Below, in pieces: positions 24,144 to 37,668 of a DNA stretch of 64,000 nucleotides (position 1 is its first letter; each line of letters begins with the position of its first letter). Made by a program: the position numbers and the translations under genes. The notes beneath the pieces are model-generated. The model was given only the letters and a program-made list of their open reading frames with translations, made no database searches and was not told the DNA's origin. The DNA comes from Octopus bimaculoides (taxonomy: Eukaryota), in contig NC_068982.1 in assembly GCF_001194135.2 (NCBI RefSeq), forward strand, positions 124,116,368 through 124,180,367. Direction: 5' to 3'.

Positions 24144-25370
24144 ATGCGGTATGTTTATGACCTGTGGGACAATTTTTGTATTATGTGCGACAAAGCATCT
24201 TTGTTAGTTTCAAGAAGTAAAGATTTCTTTTTTTCCATGATGTTAGTTAACCATCAAGCTTTTTCATCTGTGATAAATATCGTGGCTGCATTATGGACAT
24301 CATTTAGTTCTTTCCTCTCCGTTTCAAGTGAAATTATCATGTGGCTTATTTACGGAATTATTGAGTTTGCCACGGAAGTTGAATCCTGCTTGAGGATGTT
24401 TGTTGTATTACTTTGGCATTTGCTTTTAGTTTTTATAAATATGATTTTCCTTGTTGTGAATGCCATCGAAAACTTCATCTATCTGTTGTGGAATGGTGGT
24501 GTTGGAACCGTTTCTGTACTCAACACATCGGTGGAAATTTTGAAAGAAAGCTGGGATACAGCTTGCCTGAAAGGAGAAGAGTTTACAGACTTATTTTTCT
24601 TGCTCGTTATTGGTGGATTTGAAACTATTGGATGTTTTGTTGTGGACATTTTCTTGTATGTCCTCAAAATTCTGTCCTCTGTCTTAAACATCCCATATTT
24701 GCTACGTGATGCAATTGACTCTTGTATTATGATGATTACAAAAACAATGGATTATGTATGGATTAATTTAACGTATTCCAAAGAAGCATTGTTCGGTGTT
24801 GTAGTTTGTATCTTTCTTCACATTATATTGACCCAAGGAATAAAAATGAGTAGAACTCTAAACCAAAGAGGTATTACTTTCCCCATTTTTAGACACTATT
24901 ATAGTCATACCGTTGCTAGGTTTGACAACGATAGTGAGATCTCCGATAACGAAGAACCAGGAGAAGAAGAACATGATAGCAGCAATGTCACTGAATCTGA
25001 TAATAGTGATTCAGAAAGTGTTGATGACAGCGAAAGTAACGAAAGCGACTCCATTATGTCCGAAACAACAGACAGCGATATTGATCTGCCAAATTATGGA
25101 GACTCTTTGCAACAAAGTCGCCCACCCACACCGCTAATAAACAAGCCCTTAAACAGCACTCAACTCGAAAGAGAAATTGAACGAGAAAGAGATAAACGTA
25201 AGTGTGTTGTTTGTCAAGACCACGTAAAGACAGTTTTAATTCTGCCATGTAAACACATGTGTTTGTGTGTACAATGTGCTAACCACATCGTCAGAAGTTC
25301 TCCACCAGATAGAAATGTTTGTCCATTATGTCGAACCGGAATACAGAAAGTAATGAATATTTATGTGTAA
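24144..25370 (+). CDS. RNF26: RING finger protein 26-like E3 ubiquitin ligase, single coding exon, 408 aa
   Basis: Long uninterrupted ORF. The track starts at TTG 24114; the first in-frame ATG is 24144. Hydrophobic multi-TM N-terminal two thirds, then an acidic S/D/E linker, then a C-terminal C3HC4 RING (RKCVVCQDHVKTVLILPCKHMCLCVQC...CPLCRTGIQKVMNIYV) that closely follows the RNF26 C-terminus. Confidence 0.9.
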   Translation: MRYVYDLWDNFCIMCDKASLLVSRSKDFFFSMMLVNHQAFSSVINIVAALWTSFSSFLSVSSEIIMWLIYGIIEFATEVESCLRMFVVLLWHLLLVFINMIFLVVNAIENFIYLLWNGGVGTVSVLNTSVEILKESWDTACLKGEEFTDLFFLLVIGGFETIGCFVVDIFLYVLKILSSVLNIPYLLRDAIDSCIMMITKTMDYVWINLTYSKEALFGVVVCIFLHIILTQGIKMSRTLNQRGITFPIFRHYYSHTVARFDNDSEISDNEEPGEEEHDSSNVTESDNSDSESVDDSESNESDSIMSETTDSDIDLPNYGDSLQQSRPPTPLINKPLNSTQLEREIERERDKRKCVVCQDHVKTVLILPCKHMCLCVQCANHIVRSSPPDRNVCPLCRTGIQKVMNIYV

Positions 25371-28300
25371 AACGTCAGTTTTTTTTTTTTACAAGTAGAA
25401 TCATGGAAAGAATATTATTTTTTATACGTTAGTAATTATTTTTATGTATGTTGACATGTATGTTATTGAAATACTGTAATTATCTTCGTTTATCAAGAAC
25501 AGTTCCGTCCCCACATTATGCAAAATATACCTTGGGGCAAATATCTTCGGAACCATAAACATTTTGCGATGTCTCTGAGAATGTGTAAATAGAAACATGA
25601 CTAGTATCTCAGAGATGTTAGAATTACAAGAACACTGACATCAAACATTACTCTTATACATTCTTTATATTTATTCCTAAATATAACATTAAAAAGGTGT
25701 TGCAATATAACGTATGTAAACTCATACATTTTTCTGAGGCCTTAGAAATTTTATATATTTTTCCTTGAATTTATTTCCCCCACCTCTTTCAATTGCTATC
25801 ACTTTTAGTAGACGAGAATTAAAGGCAGCCGCCTCATTATTTGTATCCAGTGCACCGAGCGATTGGCTGGGAAAGTGAGCAGAAAGTATTTTATTTTAAA
25901 TGCAATACGTGGATTTTGTACAGATGTGTTCTTTAGCAGAATTATTTTCATTAGATTCCACCTTATCCAATTTGGATGGGCTTAAAATACTGTTGATGAA
26001 ATAGTTTTGGCAATGTAAATTATGTGAAATTATCTTAGGTGGAGTACTATATTAACTTATGCATAAAAATACCTACTAAATCGATAGAAACAAACACTTG
26101 TGTGTCACTGTATTTCTTGAAAGAAAACTTTGCTGAAGTATTACAGAAAGTGTATGTAAATAACTTGGAATTTAGTAGTTTCTATTTTAAAAATTGTCTG
26201 TAAAAATAATTGCTTCAAGTAATGAGTTTGTCTATGCCAGAAGTTTGGTAGGTCTATATTTATTTTTTGAAGACTAGTCAAGTGGAAAAGCTGTATCCAT
26301 GACCTATTACAAAGCTTCCAAGACTGGAGATAGGTACGAAAGAAGGTATCCTCAAAAGGGATGTCTGGCTTGAATGCTAGTAAGAGACTAGACACTGCTA
26401 GAGGTCTCCAAGGACCAAATGGTAGTGTTATGCTGGGAAACTGATTAATTCACCACCTCATATAGGTAGAAGAAAATGATGTTAAATACTGGAAAATGAT
26501 GAGCAATTAGTGTTTTTGTTGCCAGATCATCACCTGATGAAAATAATTGTTTTTCTTAATCAAAGGTTATCTTTGCAAGCAAAAGTTTCTGAGAATCTAC
26601 TGCCTAGCTTGTGATCTAGCTGGTATATTTGATATAGTGTTATCAGACAATTCATGTAGAGCAAAGAGAGATTCTCCCTGAAGATGAGGTGTTTTTTTTT
26701 CTCTGTGTAAGAGTGATATTTTATTTGTAATTATGGTTCAACACAGGCTTTGTCTAGGAACCATATAACAAGATCAAACACTACAAAATAAATCATCTTT
26801 GACTATTAGTGCCACCATAAATGTTGTATGTTTGCAAAAACAGCGTAAGTCTGTTTAATATCTGAAATTAGTTTGAATAATGTGGACACTAATACTAAAA
26901 TTTAAAACAGTACCAACCGACCTCTATAGAACTGTTTCACACTGAATGAGCAAAATACATTTAAATTGATGTTTTCTTTTGTAGCTTTTTTAGCACTAAG
27001 TTTATTTCATGATCAAGTTCTTACAAGAGCCTGTAAGCTTGCAAAATAATACGAATCAGTTAAAAAGGAATTGTAATGAAGCTGATATCTCTGGATTTTG
27101 CTTAAAGGGTTATAATTGTCAGATCTTCTACCAGTGCCTCTCCTTTATCAACAACAGTCTGTTGATTCATAAGCCTTTACATTTCCAGGTTTCCAACTTA
27201 CATGTGATTTTGTTTATCAAACAAAATGTAAAATCATCACTACACTAAATTTTATGTTCTAGATGCTTTACTGTTACTGCATTGTTTAATCCATCCTTGA
27301 TATGTCCTTTTATTTTCACTAGTATTCAGGATGACTAACCAGTATTCATTAAATTTTATGATTAGTTGCATCAACTTGCAGCAGTAGATTGTGCGCACAT
27401 TCCATCTTCTAATTTTTGTTATAGCTTTGACGTTCAGAATAAACTTAATCAAACGTAGTACTTCCTTATAGCTTTCATTTGATCAGCCAAGAGCTGTCAT
27501 CATTATGCCTACTTTGCTTGAATTCCAAACCTATCTTCTTTAGTAGGTATAGATAGTCCAACAACAACCTATTATCTTAGTAGCTCCTTGTGGGCAATAA
27601 AAAAATAACCTATTATCTTATGCAGTTTTGCAACTTTTCCAGAATGACAAAAATATCTCAGCTTTTTTCAACTTCAGTGTTGCTTTGTGTGTCTTGTCTA
27701 AAATTTGTCTCCCACATATTCAGGCTGGAGTTAGTATGAGTATGCTTAATGTATACTCAAATCTCTATTTTTTTTTTGTTTTTAGTTACCACTTAAACTG
27801 ATTTTCTTGATGTAGTAACAAAGAGGAAATTGCTTTCTTTTTTTTCTATCATGGTATTAATTACCAATAACTGTGATCTCAGTGTCTGTAGAATGACTTA
27901 CTAGTCTTCTTCATATTTTTTTCCCCTTTGTGTTACTGTATGGTTATAAGTGAAGGCAGAGCTTCATTCACTTACATGCAGGATCACTTATGATTTTTTT
28001 CAATATATTCCCCTCTCAGATTCACACACTTATTGCAGTGGTCCATCAATTTTTCTAAGCCCTGTAAAAGAACTTAGAAGATTGGGCCTTCAACCAAGCC
28101 TTTCATGATACCCTCAAAGTCAGGAATTTTTCAGCATCCCCTCATTATATAACTACTGGAGTCAATTCATTTGATTGAAATTCTTCAAGATGGTGCTCTG
28201 GCATGGCTTCAGTCGAAAGACTAAAACTGAAAGTTATAAAATATATATACCTGTCATTTTTACAAATGTTAGCAAGGTGATTTTTACAGTTCTGTCACTT

Positions 28301-31300
28301 GTAACCATTACAATCACAATATTTTAGAATTTGGAAGAACTTTTATGAAACTGCTGATTGCTTTTATTTCTGCCTTCATGATTCGTTGAAAATATATTTG
28401 ATTTCCTAATTTCATCACTTCGATTGCTGTCATTAGATGCATGTTATTCTTTTATTTGCATTGTATATATGGTACCATTTATAGAGTGACCTTTGTCATA
28501 TATGATGTAATTTTAGAGTGTGAGGATATCTATTATTGAGTATTACTTTGCTGTGTGCGAAGTTCAAGTTTTATAGATGTATAAGAACACAGTGAGAGAG
28601 ATGCAGTGTTTTGTCCAGTCTCACTTTAATGTCCAGATGTGTTGAAAATTTGGCAGAGCAGTTCATCTCTGCTGGATGACATATCTAATATTACCAGTTA
28701 TGGCATCAAAGTACGTTTATTCTGTGCCATTTCATACTGTTCTTTGAGATTCATTTCAACACCTATCATTTCTAGGGTGATAAAAAAATCACTTTGTTGA
28801 TGTAACAAAGAACTGTTACTCATTGCTTGCATGTTATCTAATAAAAGGCAATTGAATAATATCATCTCATAGTTCAGAAATAATATCCATCAGTCACAAT
28901 TCATGTTTTTATTTTCTCCATTTTATTATACTGAAGTGATAGAATTGGTTTTCTACTCAATTCTAATATTCCTTGAAGCACTTGACAAAATTAAATACTT
29001 GATATCACAATTGAAAGTTATCTCCCCTGCAGTCAATTATTTTAGTGACCAGCATTCATGTGTTTAATAGAACTATTAAATCATAGTGATTTTAAACCTA
29101 GACTATTTAAAGTAAGAAGAAAAAGAGTGGAGTTGCTCTCTTATCGAGAGCTATTGGAAACATTTACGCTGCACTTTTATCTGCCCAGGGTCATTATGAA
29201 GAAGCTTTTCATGTATGTAAAACCATCACTGTTTTAGAATTTCTAATAGTCATATCAGAATGCCTCTCTTGTTTGATATTCACCAAAGAAGCTTTCCAAT
29301 CTTTCGCACTTTTCTTTTATCTGACATGCTCTTGTTCTTTTGTGGCTTTCCCCAGTTGCCTTTGTCCATTATGCATAGCTTCATTTTTGAACGTGATTTT
29401 ATTTTTGTAAAGCATTTATAGGTACAACTGTACTTCATTTCCTAGAATTTGTACTTGTCTTTTCCAGTTACTTCTTAAAATTATATAATTTAGAAACTCT
29501 CATCATTGACTATTGTCATAAGCTATAATGATTCAAGCTAGTCATTAACCACAATTACTTCCAGTGATTCTGTGTTTTGAATTCAAAATGCTTTGATGAA
29601 AACATTTCCATTTTAGCTGATTAAGATTAGTATGAGTGAACTAAACAATAAAACAAAAATGAATCAATAGTCACTCTGTCATCTCTTGACCAATATTTAA
29701 AAGATCTTCCTCTAGTTTTGATTGAATTGTCTTCGAATACAGTGCTGACACCAATTTCCTGAATGCATTAATCATACATTACATGTTTTCATTTGCATAC
29801 TACATGTGTTTGGATATTTTTATTTTTACAATTGGATGGCTTTCTTGACATATGGTCATTTATCATGATTGATATTCAAAATGGAATAAAGTCCTTTACT
29901 CAAAGACAATATAAATTGTCAAACTCCAGAGTTCAAATCCTTACCTTTCAACCACCAATTCTTTACATGTTGGTGACTTTTACTGAATTAATTTTTGATT
30001 TTTTTTAATCTAGAAAGTTGGAGAATTTGAACGACTTTTTTTAAAATTTGATTTTCAGTATTTTATAAAAGTGGTAACATATCTTTAATAAATGTTTGTA
30101 AAATTTCTTCCAAAACCATTTTCTTTGTTTAAAATGATTGAAAAATGACCATCATAAATTTCATTTAAGGAATATCAATATATATTTTTGTTATTAGTAC
30201 TGTTGCATCATTGACAGTTGGGTTTTTGATTTATCATTTACTGACAGTGTGGATGCAGTATGGTCAAATGGTTAAGAAATTCACTTTGCAGCCATAAAGC
30301 TCTGGGTTCAATCTCACTGCATGGCATCTTAGAGCAAATATAATTTTCTGTTGCCTCAGGTTGGCCCATACATGATGAATGAAACTGTATTGAAGCTGAC
30401 TGGATGGATTTTACCTGTATTTCAAAAGATAGTCTTGTCACATGCACTATCATGCTGATTTTTGTCTAAGAATTATGTTAAGGGTATAAGTGACTGTAGA
30501 ATACTCAGCCACTTCCATGTTAATTCAGGGACAGGTAATTCAGAGTTGATCAAACAACAGGATCCTCATTGGTTGAATGGCAGAGAATCACCAAAATTCC
30601 TGATAACAACATTGTAAATCCCTTTCTATGTCTTTATTTAACTGTAGTTCATTACTGTAGGGTGAAAAAAAACAACTTTTTATTCTATGTGAGGATTTAA
30701 AAAAAAAAAATGAAAATAAAAACGAGTGGTTCTAACCATCTGAACAAAGCCAATGATGTAATTAATACAGTTACATTGCTGAAGACTTGGTCTTTTAGAT
30801 GCATTTGTGCCACATTCCATACTGTTAGTTCCCTCCAGACAGGCATTCCTTTAGCTACAGTTAAATCTCAATGGGTAAAATAATATTTTGTTTTCCTGTT
30901 GAAATATGTAGCAAAACATTGATCATGAGATATATTAATTATAACTCAACTATACTTGATAGTGGTCTTTAGATTCTTTTACTAGTATCAGTTAGTAGAT
31001 TGTGGCCATTCTGGAGTACTGTTTTCAATAGCATAGTAGATTTTACCAACCCCAGTACTTGCTGACTGGCACTTGGAGAAGGATGAAAGGTAAAACCAGT
31101 CTGAATGAGATCTGAACTCAGAAGGTAAAGGGATAAGATATTTCATCTGATGTTTTACCCATTCTGTCATCCATTGCTGCATTTGACATAATCTATTTAT
31201 ATTGGGAACTTAGGAACATTTCAAACCATTTTAAATTGTATGTATGCTATTTTTTTAAAGTATGAAGCCTCTTCTCCCATCCAAAAACAAACCTTTGGTA

Positions 31301-34151
31301 TCAAAATTTTTTATTTCTAAAAGAGATTCTAATTATGTATTTTTATATTGTTTGATATTAAATTTGAATTACTTCTTATAATACTTGTGTTGCTGTTCTT
31401 TTTTTAAAAAATTTTTTATCTGTTCCTCTCTCCACCCTGCTTTCTACATCCCTCTATCTTTCCCAACTCCTGCTTCAATCATTCACCCTTCAGCCCTACC
31501 CAGTTTTTACAGTTATAGTCTGTCTACTCATCCCCTCATCTCCTGCTCCCCATACAATCATGCAAACCACTCACTTCTATTCACCTTGTACTTCAAGGGG
31601 CCACCAAGACACCTCATCACCGTTATCTATCTCACTGCAGCTCCAACTGACCACTTCTCTTTTCTCTTTTTCCATTCCACCTCTCCTATTAAATGTGAGA
31701 AGCCATGCTGATCATCTACAAGAATCCCTTCTGACCCCTTGCCCTCATACTTTAACCCCTTGTTCCCTAGGATAAAGCTGCTGCCCCTCCCCTGGGTTCA
31801 TAGTTCCATGAGCTGCATGGCAATCCCAATACTGCTGGATACATGAAAAAAGCACCCAGTGTAAAGTAGTTAGTATTAGGAAGGGCAGCCAGCCATAGAA
31901 ACCAAGTCAAAGCAGACACTGGTGCATGATGCAGTTCTTGGACCCATTGAATCCTGTTCACATTATGACAAAATTTTCAGGAAATTAAGTTTTTGTAATA
32001 TTAGGGATGCCTGGAGTGTGTTTTGGAGTAAATTTTTGAAGCATATTGCAATTGAGAAACATTATTATTACTGGCAAACTTGTATAGTTAAGTACTTTGC
32101 TTTCTAACTATGTGACTTTGGGTTCAGTCCCACTGTACAGCACTTTGGGTAAATATCTTCTGCTTCTGCCTCAGGAGAACAATAGTAGATAATATGGAAC
32201 CAAGAATTAATGTTGGAAATTTGTTTTGTAACAGTAATTTTTGGTAAAAATAAACGTTAAGTTTGGTAATTTGTCTGAAGCATTGTTGAGTAAATATAGT
32301 GAGGTTTATAATTATATGTACAGATGTAGCTTCGTGGTTAAGAAGTTTACTTCTCAATTTCATGGTTTCAGGTTCAGTACCTAGGGTAAGTGTCTTCTAT
32401 TAGACCATGTGGGTGGATTTAGTTGATAGAAACTGAAAGAAGCTTGTCACATATATATGAGTGTGTGTTTCTTTGTCTTGATATCAGGTGATTGTTGCAA
32501 ATAAATGTCATTCATTTCCAATATTCTGAAAAACATGTCTGATTATAAGGAAATATTATCTTGGTTGGGAAGAGGTAAAGGTTGCAATGAAAAGGGCATT
32601 TAGCCATAGAAAATGTGAAGAATGGAAAAATGGACATTAAAAAAAAAAAACAATGCAGCATCTATAAATACTGTTACAGAAATAAACAAAATTTTATTTG
32701 ATATTTTGGACACAAAAGACCTTACTCATGACTACAACATAATGGAAACAATTTGGAATAATTTACAACACAAAGTAATCAGGGTTTCAGTTTCAGTTTG
32801 AACCATTCTGTGAGAATCACTGCTCAAAACAGTTGTTTGACTTTGATGTGTTTGAAGAAGATCTTAATTCATTTTTGGTTGCTGGTCTATCTGTTGTATA
32901 GTATTGTCTACATAGATTTTGCCATGTTTGTTGCATTTAACCTTTTAGCATTCAGATTATTTTGTCAAATGTAATGTTTATTTATTCACATTGTTTTGAA
33001 TTAATCATGTATTATCTCATGGCTTTGAGATTTTCATGATGTGTTTATTTTCAGAATGACATAAGGTAGGTATGAGAGACCAAATCTTGCTAGTTTGAAT
33101 AAAGAACAGGAAGAATATTTGGGCTGGTTCAAATGCTGCAGGGTTTATATGATAAACCACTTACAACCAGGTACAATTGTTTATATTGCTGATTTGACTA
33201 ATAAGCCAGTGTGTACACTTAATCAAAATTAGTTGCTGTTAGGTAGGGTGCAGTTTGGGCTGGTTGAATATTTAACCATTTCCTGATGTCTTTTCATTGC
33301 TATCAACATTCTTGCCAACACCTAACTGATCCACCCTCCATCCTACCTTGTTTGTGCATGCACCAGTTCAGCTGAACCACTAATTTCAATCATACAGCTC
33401 CCACATTTTATCAATACTTCTCCAATCCTTTTATTTACTCATTTCTTTTCTTATGCCCAAAGTAATAAAACCACTATTTTTAGCTGATGCTGGACTTCAC
33501 TACTTTCCTTGGATTTGACTGTTTTGCTATTTGGTGTGAATTACTTTTCTGTCATTGCTGCTGTGATTTTTAACTATAAATGTATACAGTAGTGTATTCA
33601 AATGACTGGAAAGAGGCCATCAAATGGAAATGAGAGTCCTAGAGGGATTACGTTCGATGTTAAACTAGATGATTTAAAAATATTTGATGCAAGAGAAGTC
33701 AAAAAAAGTACCTGTCCTCCACAGAAGAAGTGTTGAGCCTGCATTCAATGGGGAAGAGGATTGGCCTGTAAGAATTCTGTGCCAGAGCCACACAAAAAGT
33801 GTTCATGCTGGTGACATATTAAAAGCACTCAGCACACCCTGTAAAGTGGTTGGTGTTAGGAAGGGCATCCAGTTGTAGAAACCAAAGCCAAATCAGACTG
33901 GATTTTGGTACAGCTTCCCAGCTCTGGTAAAAACGTCCAGCCCATACCAGTTTGGAGAATGGACGGTAAAGGATGATGATAATATATATATATATTTCTG
34001 TGTGAGTCAGAGGTTGAGAAACCAACTAAGGGATAATACTTATCCAATATACTGCTGGTAGTGTACCCAATTGTTCATAGCCAAGTGCTAGTTATTGCAT
34101 GGCAATCTCGCAACTGAGTATTATATATTAGTGGTTTACCCTTGATTTATA

Positions 34152-34581
34152 CGGCACATAAGAAAACGGAGAGGATATAATATCGACAGACATCAGCCAG
34201 TAAACATTCCAGTATGTCCGTTTATTCAAATGTATTGGATGAATGCACACACATGTATGAGTGGTACAGATTAGCAAGTGGAAAAAAGCTGGTAACTGCA
34301 TAAACAAGGCTGTGAATACATATAAGCATGTAGAAACAAATGAGCAAGTTGGCGAATTAGTTTTTTTTTTTTACCAATTTGCTCAATTGCTAGTTCGTTT
34401 CTATATGCTTATATGTATTCACACCCTTGTTTATGCAGTTCCCAGTATTTTCCACTCGCTAATCTGTACTACTCATACTTGTGTGTGTATTCATCTAATA
34501 CATTTGAATAAATAGACATACTGGAATGCTTACCGGCTGATGTCTGTCGATTTTATATGCTCTCCGTTTTCTTATTTGCTG
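34152..34581. mobile_element. Tc1/mariner-type palindromic MITE (about 200-bp arms, TA TSD)
   Basis: Left TA|CGGCACATAAGAAAACGGAGAG; right CTCTCCGTTTTCTTATTTGCTG|TA. The arms stay complementary almost to the T-run at about 34360-34372. Confidence 0.8.
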
Positions 34582-34658
34582 TATATACATATAGTCAGTT
34601 AATAAAAAAAAAAACAAAAACAACATATATCAGAAAGAAGCACACTCTAAAAATATTT

Positions 34659-34814
34659 TTACCCAAGGTTTCGCGCCCACAAAGCTAAAGCCTTATGGAC
34701 AGCTCGTCAGACTATATGAATATATGCGACATAGATATTTTAAAATTTTGTATTCATACAATCTGACGTGCTGTGCAAAAGGCTTTAGCATTGTGGGTGC
34801 GAAACATTGGGTAA
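34659..34814. repeat. Second palindrome/MITE-like hairpin (about 65-bp arms)
   Basis: TTACCCAAGGTTTCGCGCCCACAAAGCTAAAGCC... pairs with ...GGCTTTAGCATTGTGGGTGCGAAACATTGGGTAA; spacer about 26 nt. Confidence 0.75.
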
Positions 34815-36558
34815 CTATGTAAAATTTTGTTGTTATATATATATATTTGTAATATATGTTTATACATATATATACATATTTATGGGTGTGTGTGTGTGTC
34901 CAAATGCATATAAATGTGCGTGTGTATTTACGTCACAATACACACACAGTTAACTTAAAAAGTACCTTTTTAATTAAGATTAACCTAGTTATCTCCCTTG
35001 ACGACTGTAACCTGTCCGTTGTCAGGACGCTAAAACAAGTTATGGATTAACATTAATATGAGTCGTTTAAGACCATCGACATATCTTCTTTTTTTAGATA
35101 AACATCTTGGAAAGTAAAAGCTTCACATCTTTTGAACATTCTTCTTTACAGAGACCAGCTAAGATTCGGTTATTCATCGATTTCTATTGAAAGGTTGGTA
35201 GTAACTAATTGTTTATTGTTGTAGCTAAGAAGAGATAACTACAATCAAAATATGCCGCACACACGCACACACACACACACACACATACATACATTACACA
35301 CATACATATATTATAATATATTGTTCTTTATAATCCAAGTTTGTGCTTTGTTTTAATGAAGTTGATTTCTTCGGTAATGCATTTCCTTTGGAGCACAGTT
35401 GTCAATTAAATTTTCATTCCACTTTAGAAAAACTTTATTTCAGAATTCGACTACGAGATAAATAAATATTTCTTAATCCCGGTTCTTGCAGATACTTTTC
35501 AGTCCTATTTTATTATATTATATTTGTGTCTTATTCTTATTTTGTTTCATGTATGATTTGTATTGAATGGTTTAAATAACTTTTGTTTATCTAATCCCGA
35601 CAAAATAAGCAACAGTTATTTAATTTTTTTTACTACACCCCTCTACACTTCTGATCTTACAAATTTAGTTTAGAAATGGATCGTATGTATTCAGGTACTA
35701 CTCTGTCATTCGCTCCCAAACCTATAAAAGATGCCAAAGAAGTTGTCTAACTCGGATCACCCCCCCCCACTGGGTAGACATTCTAACTCTCACTGTTCCG
35801 TGCTTTTGTAAACCTAGGACATTATTATCCAGTGTTTTCTTCCTTTTTGTAAAATGTATTTTAAAGGAGTTTTGGCTGCTACTTTTAGTAGGTCGAGTGA
35901 CTTTGTATATCCCCTAAGGGTTCGATTCAGCGAAATGATACAAATCCCCGATACGAATTCACTACAGTCAAAAGGGAGCCACTACCGTTGCTCTACCTTT
36001 TGTTCCTAAAAGATAATCTCACTCTCAGACGCATGTTAGCACTTGAGAAAGTACCGTGGGATGTTTCAGCTCAAACACAAACACTGAGTGAATACAGTAA
36101 ATACGGAAACTGAAAAGTTAAAATTAGGCTTTAAGGGGCAAAAATGTTCTGTTGTGGAGCACCCTTTGAATGAGGATAGGTGTTGTTTCAGTCGTTCATT
36201 ACATAGCAAAACGACTGAAATGTCCTGAAATATTACCTTCTACTCTCAACTAAACTAAGTTTGTCGTGGTAATTCCAATATGAAAGAAAGTAAGCGGGAA
36301 ATTCTGAACTTGTGACAAGTCAGTTCTTGAACGGTGTTAAGTAGAAAAGCAGAGTTCGGCGGGCGGCTCCTGTCTTCTCCCATTAATACCATCTTAATCA
36401 TCATTCATCTCATCTCATTAATGTGTTTGTCTAGCCCGTAGCTACTTCTCTGTGTACTGCCTTTATGGCAAATTGAATGAAATAAAGTAGATTATTATGC
36501 AGTTTTCTCTTGTATCTGTTCATATAGCCTTGTATGAGTCAGGTATTAAGTGTACTGT

Positions 36559-36969
36559 CGGTAATCTTCTAGTTTCGGGAGGTAAAAAAAGTCAATAAAA
36601 ATACAAGGGAAATAACTTAACGTCTTACTAGTATTATCCGTACTACTCTGAAAAGTGATTTTTTTTTAGCTGTTTATAAATAAATCACACACGTGATTGA
36701 ATATCATAGTACTGGCTGCACAACAACTTATGATAACCTTCCAGTATAGGGAAATAATGGTCAAACTAAAGCGTTTGACTCGAGCTAAAAAAAAAAAAAA
36801 ATTAGTTTAATAGGTGTAAAACAACTTGCTGTGAACGAATATGAAGAAAAAAATGCGCGCTCGCGAACGGGTGGGGTGAGGAGAGTACGGATAATACTAG
36901 TAAGACGTTAAGTTATTTCCCTTGTATTTTTATTTACTTTTTTCACCACCCGAAACTGGAAGATTACTG
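36559..36969. mobile_element. Tc1/pogo-type MITE with about 90-bp TIRs
   Basis: Left CGGTAATCTTCTAGTTTCGGGAGG...TTAACGTCTTACTAGTATTATCCGTACT; right AGTACGGATAATACTAGTAAGACGTTAA...CCCGAAACTGGAAGATTACTG|TA. The left TA TSD is not intact. Confidence 0.7.
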
Positions 36970-37229
36970 TACTTGTCCTTATGCAACCGTGTGTAGTGCA
37001 TAAATAGTTTTCTAAGCAAAATATTAAACTAGTGTTTGTGTTTGAGCTTGTCCTTCGGAACATTGTGAAAATTTTTCTTGCCTCTATTAGCTCCAATAGT
37101 TTGTAACGATTTCAACATGCTCAAATGAGTATATTGTTTCTGTTGTAGCCAGAACTTTGATCAAGATGGCTCTTGTCTTGAATATAAGTAGAAGTACACT
37201 TCGGGCAGTTGCTACTTTATTTATGTTGC

Positions 37230-37668
37230 GAGACCTTTGGAAATGTGCTGTGCGTGAGAAGACCCGGCAAGCCAAGTAAGATCGTTGCCAGTGCCCCTGG
37301 ACTGGTTCTTGTGCGGGTGGCACATGAGATGCACCATTTTGAGCGTGGCCGTTGCCAGTACCGCCTGACTGGCTCCCGTAGGATTTTCGAGCGAGATCGT
37401 TGCCAGTGCCCCTGGACTGGCTTGTGCGGGTGGCACATAAAAGACACCATTTCGAGCGTGGCCGTTTTCGTGCGGGTGACACGTAAAAGCACCCACTACA
37501 CTCTCTGAGTGGTTGGCGTTAGGAAGGGCATCCAGCTGTAGAAACTCTGCCAAATCAGACTGGAGCCTGGTGTTGCCATCCGGTTTCACCAGTCCTCAGT
37601 CAAATCGTCCAACCCATGCTAGCATGGAAAGCGGACGTTAAACGATGATGATGATGATGATGATGATG
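37230..37668 (+). mobile_element. 5'-truncated RTE copy (ORF end, 3' UTR, (GAT)n tail)
   Basis: Starts in the last codons (RDLWKCAVREKTRQAK*), continues through internally repeated 3' UTR and ends in (GAT)8. Related decayed copies lie at about 39790-40120, 40385-40683, 58494-58665, 59135-59445 and 62365-62740. Confidence 0.85.

Noticed and set aside
26000-34000. An additional host gene between RNF26 and CEP290
   Set aside because: I found only decayed LINE-like fragments (for example WNVRT-like at 27250-27450 minus), SINEs and AT-rich sequence, with no consistent exon chain on either strand. A non-coding or highly divergent gene cannot be excluded without transcript data.
37087-37589. Overlapping ORFs of 90-130 aa
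   Set aside because: They are translations of the RTE 3' UTR repeat; the same peptides recur at other copies (5260, 11459, 62474).
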